Shown: positions 21,080 through 29,252 of the stretch, piece by piece
Layout: each line of letters opens with the position of its first letter
Numbering within the stretch: position 1 is the stretch's first letter
DNA from: an uncultured Pelagibacteraceae bacterium
GTDB taxonomy: Bacteria > Pseudomonadota > Alphaproteobacteria > Pelagibacterales > Pelagibacteraceae
DNA: 64,000 bases
Assembly: GCA_902585045.1 (NCBI GenBank)
Contig: CACICB010000005.1
Location: 317 to 64,316, forward strand
Reading direction: 5' to 3'
Position numbers and translations under genes: made by a program
Notes under the pieces: model-generated
The model's input: only the letters and a program-made list of their open reading frames with translations
Told to the model about the DNA's origin: nothing
Databases searched by the model: none

Positions 21080-21117
21080 ATTGGTCGCCATATGGTCGTC
21101 GCTAGACCAATTTTTTT
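21080..21117 (+). terminator. Possible intrinsic terminator of cargo gene overlapping right motif
   Basis: ATTGGTC...GACCAAT stem followed by a T-run, 5 nt after the stop codon; long loop makes it uncertain. Confidence 0.35.
21083..21101 (+). repeat. Right subterminal tandem motif GGTCGCCA-TAT-GGTCGTCG
   Basis: Same orientation and spacing as 19211-19229. Confidence 0.85.
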
Positions 21118-21165
21118 AAAATCTTAAAAATAAATTGAAAGTTAATCAACGATTCTAAGCCGCTA

Positions 21166-21240
21166 GGTTGAAGGCGCACGCTTGGAAAGCGTGTAAACGG
21201 GAAACCGTTTCGAGGGTTCGAATCCCTCTCTCTCCGCCAT
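21166..21240 (+). repeat. 5'-truncated tRNA-Ser copy (attR-like)
   Basis: Identical to the last 74 nt of tRNA-Ser plus one T; lacks the 5' acceptor strand. Confidence 0.95.
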
Positions 21241-21242
21241 AT

Positions 21243-21977
21243 TTATTTTTTTAAAATAGAATAAATATTATAAGTGCAATATTCTTTGAAAAATTTAATT
21301 TTGCTTAGTAAATTAAATATTGCAGAGATAGGATTATCTGAAAAATTTGTTTTGAAGTATATAATTTCAAATTTTGACTCCTCAAAAAATCTAAGATAGT
21401 CTTTTAAAGAATATTTGTTTAGACCCAAGTCTTCAATTATTTTTAAATTTTTCTTGTATTTTTTATTTAATCTCTTAATTAATATTTTTTCGGGTATAAT
21501 AATATGGAACCAAGGTAACATTGCCTCTGCTCTTCCGTGATCACCATTGTAAAAATTATATAATGGGCCAAAACCCACAAATGCCTTACCGTCCTTTTTT
21601 AAAATTTGATGAAATTTTTTCAATATTTGATCAAGATTTAATGAATGTTCAAAAGTATCTTTAGTCACAATATAATCAATATCTTTAAATTTATCTGTTG
21701 TAAGCAAATCGATTAATTCAAATTCCACTTTATCTCTTAAAGCAGGAAAATTCTGATCTAAATTTTCCTGAGCAAAATTAATTAAATCAATTTCTAAATC
21801 GATGCCGATCACTTTTTGAGCTCCAAGTGCTGCAATTTCTAAAGTTAAAGAGCCATGACCACATCCAAAATCTAATACTTTTTTATTTTTAAAATCTGGT
21901 ATTGAGCCTAATCTTTTCCAAAATTTTTTATTTTCAATTTTTCCGTGTTCAAAATATTTAATATCGTGTAATTTCAT
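21243..21977 (-). CDS. Class I SAM-dependent methyltransferase
   Basis: VLDFGCGHG motif I, VIGID, DTFEH, LKKDGK. Confidence 0.88.
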   Translation of the reverse strand: MKLHDIKYFEHGKIENKKFWKRLGSIPDFKNKKVLDFGCGHGSLTLEIAALGAQKVIGIDLEIDLINFAQENLDQNFPALRDKVEFELIDLLTTDKFKDIDYIVTKDTFEHSLNLDQILKKFHQILKKDGKAFVGFGPLYNFYNGDHGRAEAMLPWFHIIIPEKILIKRLNKKYKKNLKIIEDLGLNKYSLKDYLRFFEESKFEIIYFKTNFSDNPISAIFNLLSKIKFFKEYCTYNIYSILKK

Positions 21978-22057
21978 AATGTTTCGTCAAATTATCATAT
22001 CCACATACAACTATAAAGAGTCTTAAAATAATTTTTCGAATCAAGTAAGTTAATTTT

Positions 22058-22089
22058 AAGGGCAGTGGAGGGAGACTGAAACTGCCCTT
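22058..22089. other. GC-rich hairpin with SD/anti-SD-like loop
   Basis: AAGGGCAGT-(GGAGGGAGACTGAA)-ACTGCCCTT, perfect 9-bp stem. Confidence 0.6.
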
Positions 22090-22094
22090 GCCTT

Positions 22095-22835
22095 TTATAG
22101 TCTTTTAATTCCTATCACCTTTAATTTAGCATTCTTTTCAATCCTCTTAACTGTTTGATTAATTCCCATAATAACTGTCTTTTTCATCGGACCATAAGCA
22201 TGAATAAGTTTTTTATTAGAAATGGCTAAAGCGACGTGACCTTTCCAATATATAATATCGTTTTTTTTGATGTTTTTTAATTTAATATTTTTTTTGAAGT
22301 ATTTGACTTGATCTTTAGCATCTCTGGGACAAAATTTATTATTAAAATTCAAAAATATTTGTATTAAACCTGAACAATCAATTCCTTTAAAAGATTTACC
22401 TCCCCATTTATATTTAACGCTTCTGAAGATATTTATTTTTTTAAATGGATTTTTTTCAGCATATGAGATTGGTTTTATATCGTTTTTATTTATCCAGCCT
22501 TTTGAAAATTTAAAAAAATTACTTTTTTTCTCCAAGACTTTTATTTTTGAACCAAAAGGCACTATATTTACCTTTTTTCTTTTGTTAGGAAATTTATAAA
22601 CTTTTGCTTTTAAAATGCTTACTTTATGGCTTGGTTTAAAAAATTTTAAGAAATTTTTATTTTGAATGTAGCCTTTATATCCATCCTCTTTGATTTTAAT
22701 TTTAAGCCATTTACTCGTTTTTTTAAAAATTGAAAAACTCTCTCCATAAAGCATTTGAGTTACTACCTCAGATTTTGTGGATGGCTTTTTGTGAAGGTTT
22801 ATTACAGAATAATTGTTAGATAGGTATTTAGTCAT
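22095..22835 (-). CDS. SH3 + NlpC/P60 cell-wall peptidase
   Basis: TQMLYGE SH3b region, YKWGG, DCSGLI catalytic Cys, GHVA, IHA. Confidence 0.9.
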   Translation of the reverse strand: MTKYLSNNYSVINLHKKPSTKSEVVTQMLYGESFSIFKKTSKWLKIKIKEDGYKGYIQNKNFLKFFKPSHKVSILKAKVYKFPNKRKKVNIVPFGSKIKVLEKKSNFFKFSKGWINKNDIKPISYAEKNPFKKINIFRSVKYKWGGKSFKGIDCSGLIQIFLNFNNKFCPRDAKDQVKYFKKNIKLKNIKKNDIIYWKGHVALAISNKKLIHAYGPMKKTVIMGINQTVKRIEKNAKLKVIGIKRL

Positions 22836-24201
22836 TCATTTTAAGTTTATCTTTTATCATGTAAAGAAATATTAGAGAAGGTATGACCATTACAGCTGTC
22901 AATATAAAGAATATACCCCAATCACCATTTAACCAATCAACTAAAGCTCCAGATGAGGCGGCCAGCGTTGTTCTACCTGCCGTGCCAATCGATGCGAGAA
23001 GTGCGTATTGAGTAGCTGTATAAGTTCTATCAACTAACATTGAAATAAACGCCACAAATGCGACTGTTGCAAATGCTGCAGCCATATCATCGAATATTAC
23101 TGCTATTGCAAATAATAATTCAGACTTACCGTACCAGGCTAATAGCGAGAATAATAAATTTGTTGAAGCCATTAATATACCTGAGACAAACATTGCTTTA
23201 ATTACTCCTGAACGAATAGCAAATAAGCCTCCTAATAAAGTAAAAATTACCGTCGTGATCCAACCTAAACCTTTGGAGTAAAGTGCTATATCAGATTTGG
23301 TAAATCCTATTTCTTTATAGAAGATAACAGACATTCTGCCTAGGAAAGCTTCACCTATTTTAAAAAGGAATACAAAGCCAAGAATTGCCATAGCTATATT
23401 GAAACCATTTTTTTTAAAAAAACTAATTACAGGTCCAATCACTGTTCCGGTTAACCAAGCAATAATTTTTGTGAATATACTTGAAGATCCTAGCTTATCC
23501 TCTATCATTTTATCAGTTAGTCTCTGACTTTCTTTTCTATCAGTCGGTTGAGGCTCATTAACAAATAAAAGTCCAATATTACAAGCTATTATAAGAATTC
23601 CTAAAACTAAAAATGTTATTTGCCAGTAGTTTTCAAAACCTGTTTGCTGAAAAAACTCAGCTGTATTAAGAGCTACAACTCCACCTAATTTATATCCAGT
23701 CCACCAACCAACTACAGCCATTGCAGCACCAGCTTGCATTGACTTTCCCTCATGTTCACCTATTTGCTCAATCCTCAAAGCATCAACAGTTATATCTTGA
23801 GTAGCGGATGCGATTGCAATCACTAGCCCAATACTTATTACTAATGCTAAATTTTCAGTCGGATTAATTAAACTCCAACAAACTAAACTAATTAAAATTA
23901 TAGTTTGCATGGTTATTATCCACCCGCGTCTATGACCAACTTTTGCAGTTAACCATGGAATTCTAATTCTGTCTATTATTGGAGCCCATAAATAATTAAA
24001 AGCATAAACAGCAAAAATTAAACCTGCCCAACCTATAGTACTTCTGCTTAAACCATCCTCTTTTAGCCAAAGACTTAAACTACTACCTATGATAACCCAT
24101 GGAAAACCACTAATGGCTCCAAGAAGTAAAATTTTTATCATTCTCCTGTCAAAATAAACTTTAAAAGTTTCAGCTAATGATTGTTTTTTGTATATATCCA
24201 T
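22828..24201 (-). CDS. ampG: AmpG family muropeptide MFS permease
   Basis: LLGAISGFP, LWAPIID, SATQDITVDALRIE, ATQYALL. Confidence 0.9.
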   Translation of the reverse strand: MDIYKKQSLAETFKVYFDRRMIKILLLGAISGFPWVIIGSSLSLWLKEDGLSRSTIGWAGLIFAVYAFNYLWAPIIDRIRIPWLTAKVGHRRGWIITMQTIILISLVCWSLINPTENLALVISIGLVIAIASATQDITVDALRIEQIGEHEGKSMQAGAAMAVVGWWTGYKLGGVVALNTAEFFQQTGFENYWQITFLVLGILIIACNIGLLFVNEPQPTDRKESQRLTDKMIEDKLGSSSIFTKIIAWLTGTVIGPVISFFKKNGFNIAMAILGFVFLFKIGEAFLGRMSVIFYKEIGFTKSDIALYSKGLGWITTVIFTLLGGLFAIRSGVIKAMFVSGILMASTNLLFSLLAWYGKSELLFAIAVIFDDMAAAFATVAFVAFISMLVDRTYTATQYALLASIGTAGRTTLAASSGALVDWLNGDWGIFFILTAVMVIPSLIFLYMIKDKLKMND

Positions 24202-24204
24202 AAT

Positions 24205-25653
24205 TTAGTTTCTCCAAAAAGACGGAAAAAATAAAACTAAGACTGCAAATAGTTCTAGTCTTCCTAATAACATTCCAAAAGATAAAATCCATTTAGATAT
24301 ATCAGGTATATCTTTATAATTTCCATTTGGTCCAATTATATCTCCTAATCCTGGGCCTACATTTGAAATTGAACTAGCCGCTCCAGAAATTGATGTGATA
24401 AAATCTAAGCCACTTATTGATAGAAGCATTGCTATAATTAAAAAAATAAATAAAAATGTAAAAATAAAAATTATAACTGAATTTATAAAACTATCTGATA
24501 TTTTTTGGTTATTATATTTAGTGATTATCACGCTATTAGGTGAAATAAGTCTTTTGATTTGATTTTTTAAAAATATTAATAGCATTTGTAATCTAAAAAT
24601 TTTTATACCACATGCTGTTGATCCAGCACATCCGCCAATAAACATTAAAAGTAAGAAAAAAACTAAAGAAAATTTTCCCCAAAGGCCAAAATCATCAGTT
24701 ACATAGCCTGTTCCCGATAAAATTGAAATTACATTAAACGAGGAAATTCTAATTTTTTCAAAAAAACTGCTTTCGTAATTAATAAACAAAAGATAAAGGA
24801 ACATAATTATTATTGAGATTGTAAGTAAATATATTAAACCTTTTATCTGGACATCTTGAAAAAATATACTTTTATTTCCTTGAACAAATTTTAAGTAAGA
24901 AATGAATGGGATGCTCCCTAAAATTATAAAAATACTTGCAACAATCTCAATATTAGAATTATTAAAAAAACCAATTGACTCATTATGTGTAGAAAAACCA
25001 CCTGTTGCAATTGTAGTCATCGAATGACTTACACTGTCAAATATCGACATACCAAAAATCCAATAAAAAAAACCACAAAGAAATGTAAGAGTGATATAAG
25101 TAGAAATTATTATAGCCGCGACTTCAATTGTACGTGGTAAAATTTTTTCAGTACTATCAGGGCCTTCCATCTTAAATAATTGCATGCCTCCAACTTTTAG
25201 AAGTGGCAAAATTGTAATTGCCATAACAACTATTCCTATACCACCTAACCATTGCATTATAGCTCTCCATAACAATATGCTTTTTGGGCTATTATCTAAA
25301 TCTGATATAATTGTAGCACCAGTGGTTGTAATTCCCGACATACTTTCAAAAAATGCCTCACTGAGACTAAAATCTTGAGAAGATAATAAAAAAGGCAAAC
25401 TTCCAAAAGTTGCAACCATAACCCATGCTAATGATGAAAATAAAAAAGTTTGCCTTAAATTAAGTTTAAATTCTTTTTCAAGATTAGCTAAAACAAATAA
25501 AATTCCAATAAAGATTGTAACAAATGAGGCCGATATGAAGCTATGACTACCCTCTTTCAAGATAACCTGTAAAGCGTAGGGTGCTAACATAGATCCACCT
25601 AAAACAATTAATAATATACCTATTAAAAAAAAAACTGTTTTGTTTGTAGCCAT
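24205..25653 (-). CDS. trkH: TrkH potassium uptake protein
   Basis: FESMSGITTTGAT, QWLGGIGI, TGGFS, GGCAGSTACGIK, GRLE. Confidence 0.95.
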   Translation of the reverse strand: MATNKTVFFLIGILLIVLGGSMLAPYALQVILKEGSHSFISASFVTIFIGILFVLANLEKEFKLNLRQTFLFSSLAWVMVATFGSLPFLLSSQDFSLSEAFFESMSGITTTGATIISDLDNSPKSILLWRAIMQWLGGIGIVVMAITILPLLKVGGMQLFKMEGPDSTEKILPRTIEVAAIIISTYITLTFLCGFFYWIFGMSIFDSVSHSMTTIATGGFSTHNESIGFFNNSNIEIVASIFIILGSIPFISYLKFVQGNKSIFFQDVQIKGLIYLLTISIIIMFLYLLFINYESSFFEKIRISSFNVISILSGTGYVTDDFGLWGKFSLVFFLLLMFIGGCAGSTACGIKIFRLQMLLIFLKNQIKRLISPNSVIITKYNNQKISDSFINSVIIFIFTFLFIFLIIAMLLSISGLDFITSISGAASSISNVGPGLGDIIGPNGNYKDIPDISKWILSFGMLLGRLELFAVLVLFFPSFWRN

Positions 25654-25746
25654 TAAAATTAAGATTATTTAAATAGTTCTAAAATTCAACTTAATATCAT
25701 ACAATTATAACTGTATTTTGCACATAAAATTTAATAAACCTTGTTT

Positions 25747-27309
25747 ATGCTCGATATCAACTTAATTCAATCAACTTCATCTTGGCCATTTGTCGAGATT
25801 AGGAAACTTTTAAAAGATAGAAAAGAATTGATAAATAAAAAAAACAAAATCACTTTTCAAACTGGTTACGGTCCTAGTGGATTACCTCATATTGGAACTT
25901 TTGGTGAGGTAGCAAGAACCACTATGATGATAAATGCTTTAAACCATATTAAAAAAGTTGATCATGAACTTATTACGTTTTCGGATGACATGGATGGATT
26001 AAGAAAAGTTCCAGATAATATTCCCAATAATGAATTGCTTAAAGAAAACTTAGGTAAACCTCTTACTTCAATCCCAGATCCTTTTAAAAAATTTAAAAGT
26101 TTTGGTGAACACAATAATGAAATGCTTAAAGAATTTTTAAAAAAATTTAAATTTAATTTTAATTTTCAAAGTTCTACCGAAAATTATAAAAAAGGAAAGT
26201 TCAACCATTCTTTAATGAGAGTATTAGAGAAATATGAGGAAATAATGGAAATTATTTTACCCACACTTAGAGATGAGAGACGCAAAACATATTGTCCTTT
26301 TTTACCAATTTGCCCAAAAACAGGTAAAGTTCTTGAGATACCTTTATCAAGTATGGATAAAAAAACTGGCAAAGTAGTTTTTGATAATGACAGTGAAAAG
26401 ATTGAAACAAATGTACTAGATGGAAATTGCAAATTACAGTGGAAAGTTGACTGGGCAATGAGGTGGTTTACTTTTGATATTGATTTTGAAATGTATGGTA
26501 AAGATTTAACCGAGAGCGCGATATTGTCTAATAAGATTTGCCGAGCTTTAGGAAAAATTCCACCAAATGGATTTGCTTATGAACTATTTTTAGATGAAAA
26601 AGGTGAAAAAATTTCTAAATCTAAAGGAAATGGAATTTCTATTGAACAATGGTTGAGGTATGCATCGCCTGAAAGCTTAGCTTTGTATATGTATCCTAAT
26701 CCCAAAAGAGCAAAAAAACTTTATTCTGAAGTGGTTCCTAAAACTGTTGATGAATACCTGACCTGTATCGAAAAATATCCAACTCAAGAATTAAAAGATA
26801 GATTATTAAATCCTGTGTGGCACGTACATAATGGTGAACCACCAGTTGAAAAAATTATTATGCCCTTCTCAATGCTTTTAAACTTGGTAGGCTCAAGTAA
26901 TGCTGATAGCAAAGAAATACTTTGGAAATTTATAAATAGATTTCACAAAGAAATAGATCCTAAAGAATACAAGATTTTTGACGAACTCACAGAATATGCA
27001 ATAAATTATTTTAAAGATAAAGTTGAACCTAACAAAAAATTTAAAAAACCAAATTTAAAAGAAAAAAAAGCTTTAGAAAATTTAGTTTCAAAATTAAAAA
27101 AATTAGATCAGTCATTAGAACCAGAAGAAATCCAAACACACGTTTACACAGTTGGAAAAGAAAATGGATATGAAAAAAATTTAAGAGATTGGTTTAAACT
27201 TATTTACGAAGTAGTGTTTGGTGAGACGAATGGACCAAGGATGGGATTTTTCATAAGTTTTTTTGGACTTAATGAAACAATTGAGTTAATAAATAATAAA
27301 TTAAAATAA
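25747..27309 (+). CDS. lysS: Lysine--tRNA ligase, class I
   Basis: TGYGPSGLPHIGT, KLQWKVDWAMRW, KISKSKGNG, GPRMG; ATG at 25747 preferred over TTG at 25741. Confidence 0.96.
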   Translation: MLDINLIQSTSSWPFVEIRKLLKDRKELINKKNKITFQTGYGPSGLPHIGTFGEVARTTMMINALNHIKKVDHELITFSDDMDGLRKVPDNIPNNELLKENLGKPLTSIPDPFKKFKSFGEHNNEMLKEFLKKFKFNFNFQSSTENYKKGKFNHSLMRVLEKYEEIMEIILPTLRDERRKTYCPFLPICPKTGKVLEIPLSSMDKKTGKVVFDNDSEKIETNVLDGNCKLQWKVDWAMRWFTFDIDFEMYGKDLTESAILSNKICRALGKIPPNGFAYELFLDEKGEKISKSKGNGISIEQWLRYASPESLALYMYPNPKRAKKLYSEVVPKTVDEYLTCIEKYPTQELKDRLLNPVWHVHNGEPPVEKIIMPFSMLLNLVGSSNADSKEILWKFINRFHKEIDPKEYKIFDELTEYAINYFKDKVEPNKKFKKPNLKEKKALENLVSKLKKLDQSLEPEEIQTHVYTVGKENGYEKNLRDWFKLIYEVVFGETNGPRMGFFISFFGLNETIELINNKLK

Positions 27310-28355
27310 TGTTTTCAAAACTCAAACCTTTCATTTTTTCATTAGATCCAGAGGTAGCACATGATTTAGCTATTCAATCTCTTAAATTTAATCTTTTACC
27401 CAAAAGTATATTTAATGTTGAAAAAGAGGAACTTCTTGAAACTGAATTATTAAATGAGAGAATACCCAATCCTATAGGTCTAGCCGCTGGATTTGATAAA
27501 AGTGCTGAAGTTTATAACTCTTTATTCAAACTCGGTTATGGCTTTGTTGAAGTTGGAACTATCACACCAAAAAGACAACTTGGTAATCCTAAACCAAGAG
27601 TTTTTAGACTTGAGAAAGAGCAAGCTTTAATAAATAGACTTGGTTTTAATAATCATGGTTCTGAAGTAGTTTCAAAAAGAATAGCAAATAATTTACCAAG
27701 TGGTTTTTTAGGTATTAACGTTGGACCAAATAAAGAAACATTAAACAAAGAAGAAGATTACTATATATGCTTATCCAGGTTAGGGACTCATGCTGGTTAT
27801 TTAACAATTAATATATCATCTCCAAATACGGAGGGATTAAGAGATTTTCATAATGAGAAAGAACTCGAAAAATTACTCAAGGGTATTAACAAAATTAAAA
27901 AAGAGAAAAATCTTTCAAAACCTCTTGTCGTAAAACTTTCTCCAGATATTAATGATAATGAAATCAGCAATATAATAGAATTAATTAATAAATATGAAAT
28001 AAATGGAATAATTATTTCAAACACTACAGATAGTAATCGTGAAAACTTGACTGATATTAAAAAGAGTGAAGTAGGAGGACTCTCTGGACAGCCATTAAGA
28101 GATCTCTCTACTAAGTTAATAAAAAAATTTTATAAAGAAACTAGAGGCAAAATACAGATTATAGGTGTAGGAGGTGTAGACTCTGGTCAAGCAGCATTTG
28201 AAAAAATAAGTGCAGGCGCAAACGCTATTCAACTATACACTGGTATGGTCTATAAGGGTCCAGGAGTAGTTAAAGATATCAAAAAAGAGTTAATTTCAAT
28301 CTTAGAAAAAGAAAATCTTAAAAACATAGAAGAAGCAGTAGGAATTAACGCTTGA
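27309..28355 (+). CDS. pyrD: Dihydroorotate dehydrogenase (quinone), class 2
   Basis: GLAAGFDK, GNPKPRVFRL, INRLGFNN, NISSPNT, GGLSG. Confidence 0.96.
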   Translation: MFSKLKPFIFSLDPEVAHDLAIQSLKFNLLPKSIFNVEKEELLETELLNERIPNPIGLAAGFDKSAEVYNSLFKLGYGFVEVGTITPKRQLGNPKPRVFRLEKEQALINRLGFNNHGSEVVSKRIANNLPSGFLGINVGPNKETLNKEEDYYICLSRLGTHAGYLTINISSPNTEGLRDFHNEKELEKLLKGINKIKKEKNLSKPLVVKLSPDINDNEISNIIELINKYEINGIIISNTTDSNRENLTDIKKSEVGGLSGQPLRDLSTKLIKKFYKETRGKIQIIGVGGVDSGQAAFEKISAGANAIQLYTGMVYKGPGVVKDIKKELISILEKENLKNIEEAVGINA

Positions 28356-28380
28356 CCGTTATCATCACTGCACTTATATA
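28352..28380 (+). promoter_or_regulatory. Putative sigma70 promoter for rpmB
   Basis: TTGACC-17 nt-TATATA, then AGGA before the ATG. Confidence 0.55.
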
Positions 28381-28396
28381 ACTGTAGGAAATTCAT

Positions 28397-28675
28397 ATGT
28401 CAAAAAAATGCGAGTTAACAGGAATATCACCTCTAAAAGGTAACAACGTAAGTCATGCCAAGAATAAAACTAAGCGAAGATTTTTACCAAATTTAAAAAA
28501 AGTAACCTTTAGAAGTGATATTTTAAAAAAGAATATTAAATTAAATGTAGCTAATGCTGCCTTAAGAACCGTTGATTTTAAAGGCGGACTTGACAAATTT
28601 TTAATTTCCGCAAAAAACGCGAAGCTTTCAAAAAAAGTTAAAAAAATTAAAGCCTCTATTTCTGCTAAATCATAG
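28397..28675 (+). CDS. rpmB: 50S ribosomal protein L28
   Basis: CELTG..GNNVSHAKNKTKRRFLPNL. Confidence 0.97.
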   Translation: MSKKCELTGISPLKGNNVSHAKNKTKRRFLPNLKKVTFRSDILKKNIKLNVANAALRTVDFKGGLDKFLISAKNAKLSKKVKKIKASISAKS

Positions 28676-28676
28676 A

Positions 28677-29252
28677 ATGAACTTATATTACAAACTGTCA
28701 ATTTTGATGGGAGTTATAGTAGTAATCTCAAACTATTTAGTCCAATTCCCTGTTCAAAAGTTTGGCTTAGAAGAAGTTTTGACATATGGTGCGTTTAGCT
28801 ATCCTATTACTTTTTTGATAACTGATTTAGCTAATCGTGCTTATGGAAAAATTGTAGCTATAAAAATTGTTTATATAGGATTTGTAATTGGGATATTATT
28901 GAGCGTATTTATTTCAACTAATTTTTCAGATATAATTTCAATACGAATTGCGGTTGGCTCAGGAGTAGCATTTTTTGTTGCACAAAACTTAGATGTACAA
29001 ATATTTGACCGATTAAGGCGAAAGAGTTGGTTTATTGCTCCCTTGACTTCTTCGACGATAGGGTCAGTAACTGATACTTTCTTATTTTTCTCAATAGGTT
29101 TTTATGCAACTGGAATACCTTGGGTTACTTTAGCACTTGGTGATCTTACTGTTAAAATGATTATTACTTTATTAATGTTAATTCCTTTTAGAATTTTATT
29201 AAGCAAGATTAGAGATTATTCTGAAAATTCTATTTCAAATATAAAACTCTAG
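28677..29252 (+). CDS. VUT family (YhhQ-like) queuosine precursor transporter
   Basis: [33 protein letters not shown]. Confidence 0.85.
   Translation: MNLYYKLSILMGVIVVISNYLVQFPVQKFGLEEVLTYGAFSYPITFLITDLANRAYGKIVAIKIVYIGFVIGILLSVFISTNFSDIISIRIAVGSGVAFFVAQNLDVQIFDRLRRKSWFIAPLTSSTIGSVTDTFLFFSIGFYATGIPWVTLALGDLTVKMIITLLMLIPFRILLSKIRDYSENSISNIKL

Larger units (their letters stand above)
19092..21240. mobile_element. Integrase-less single-gene cassette integrated in tRNA-Ser (2,074-bp unit between direct repeats)
   Basis: 75-bp perfect direct repeat 19092-19166 = 21166-21240; matching subterminal motifs; one cargo CDS; no recombinase in window. Confidence 0.8.

Noticed and set aside
19211-21101. 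CRISPR array or IS terminal inverted repeats
   Set aside because: Only two short direct-orientation motifs, no spacers, no cas or transposase gene.
21144-21156. IHF-like site AATCAACGATTCT between right motif and core
   Set aside because: Mismatches the TTR end of WATCAANNNNTTR and is likely by chance in AT-rich DNA; position is suggestive but unsupported.
21166-21239. Second functional tRNA-Ser gene
   Set aside because: Lacks the 5' acceptor strand (upstream sequence cannot pair with TCTCTCC); treated as an att remnant.
28356-28676. preQ1 riboswitch for the VUT/YhhQ transporter
   Set aside because: Gene starts 1 nt after the rpmB stop; no leader or aptamer seen.
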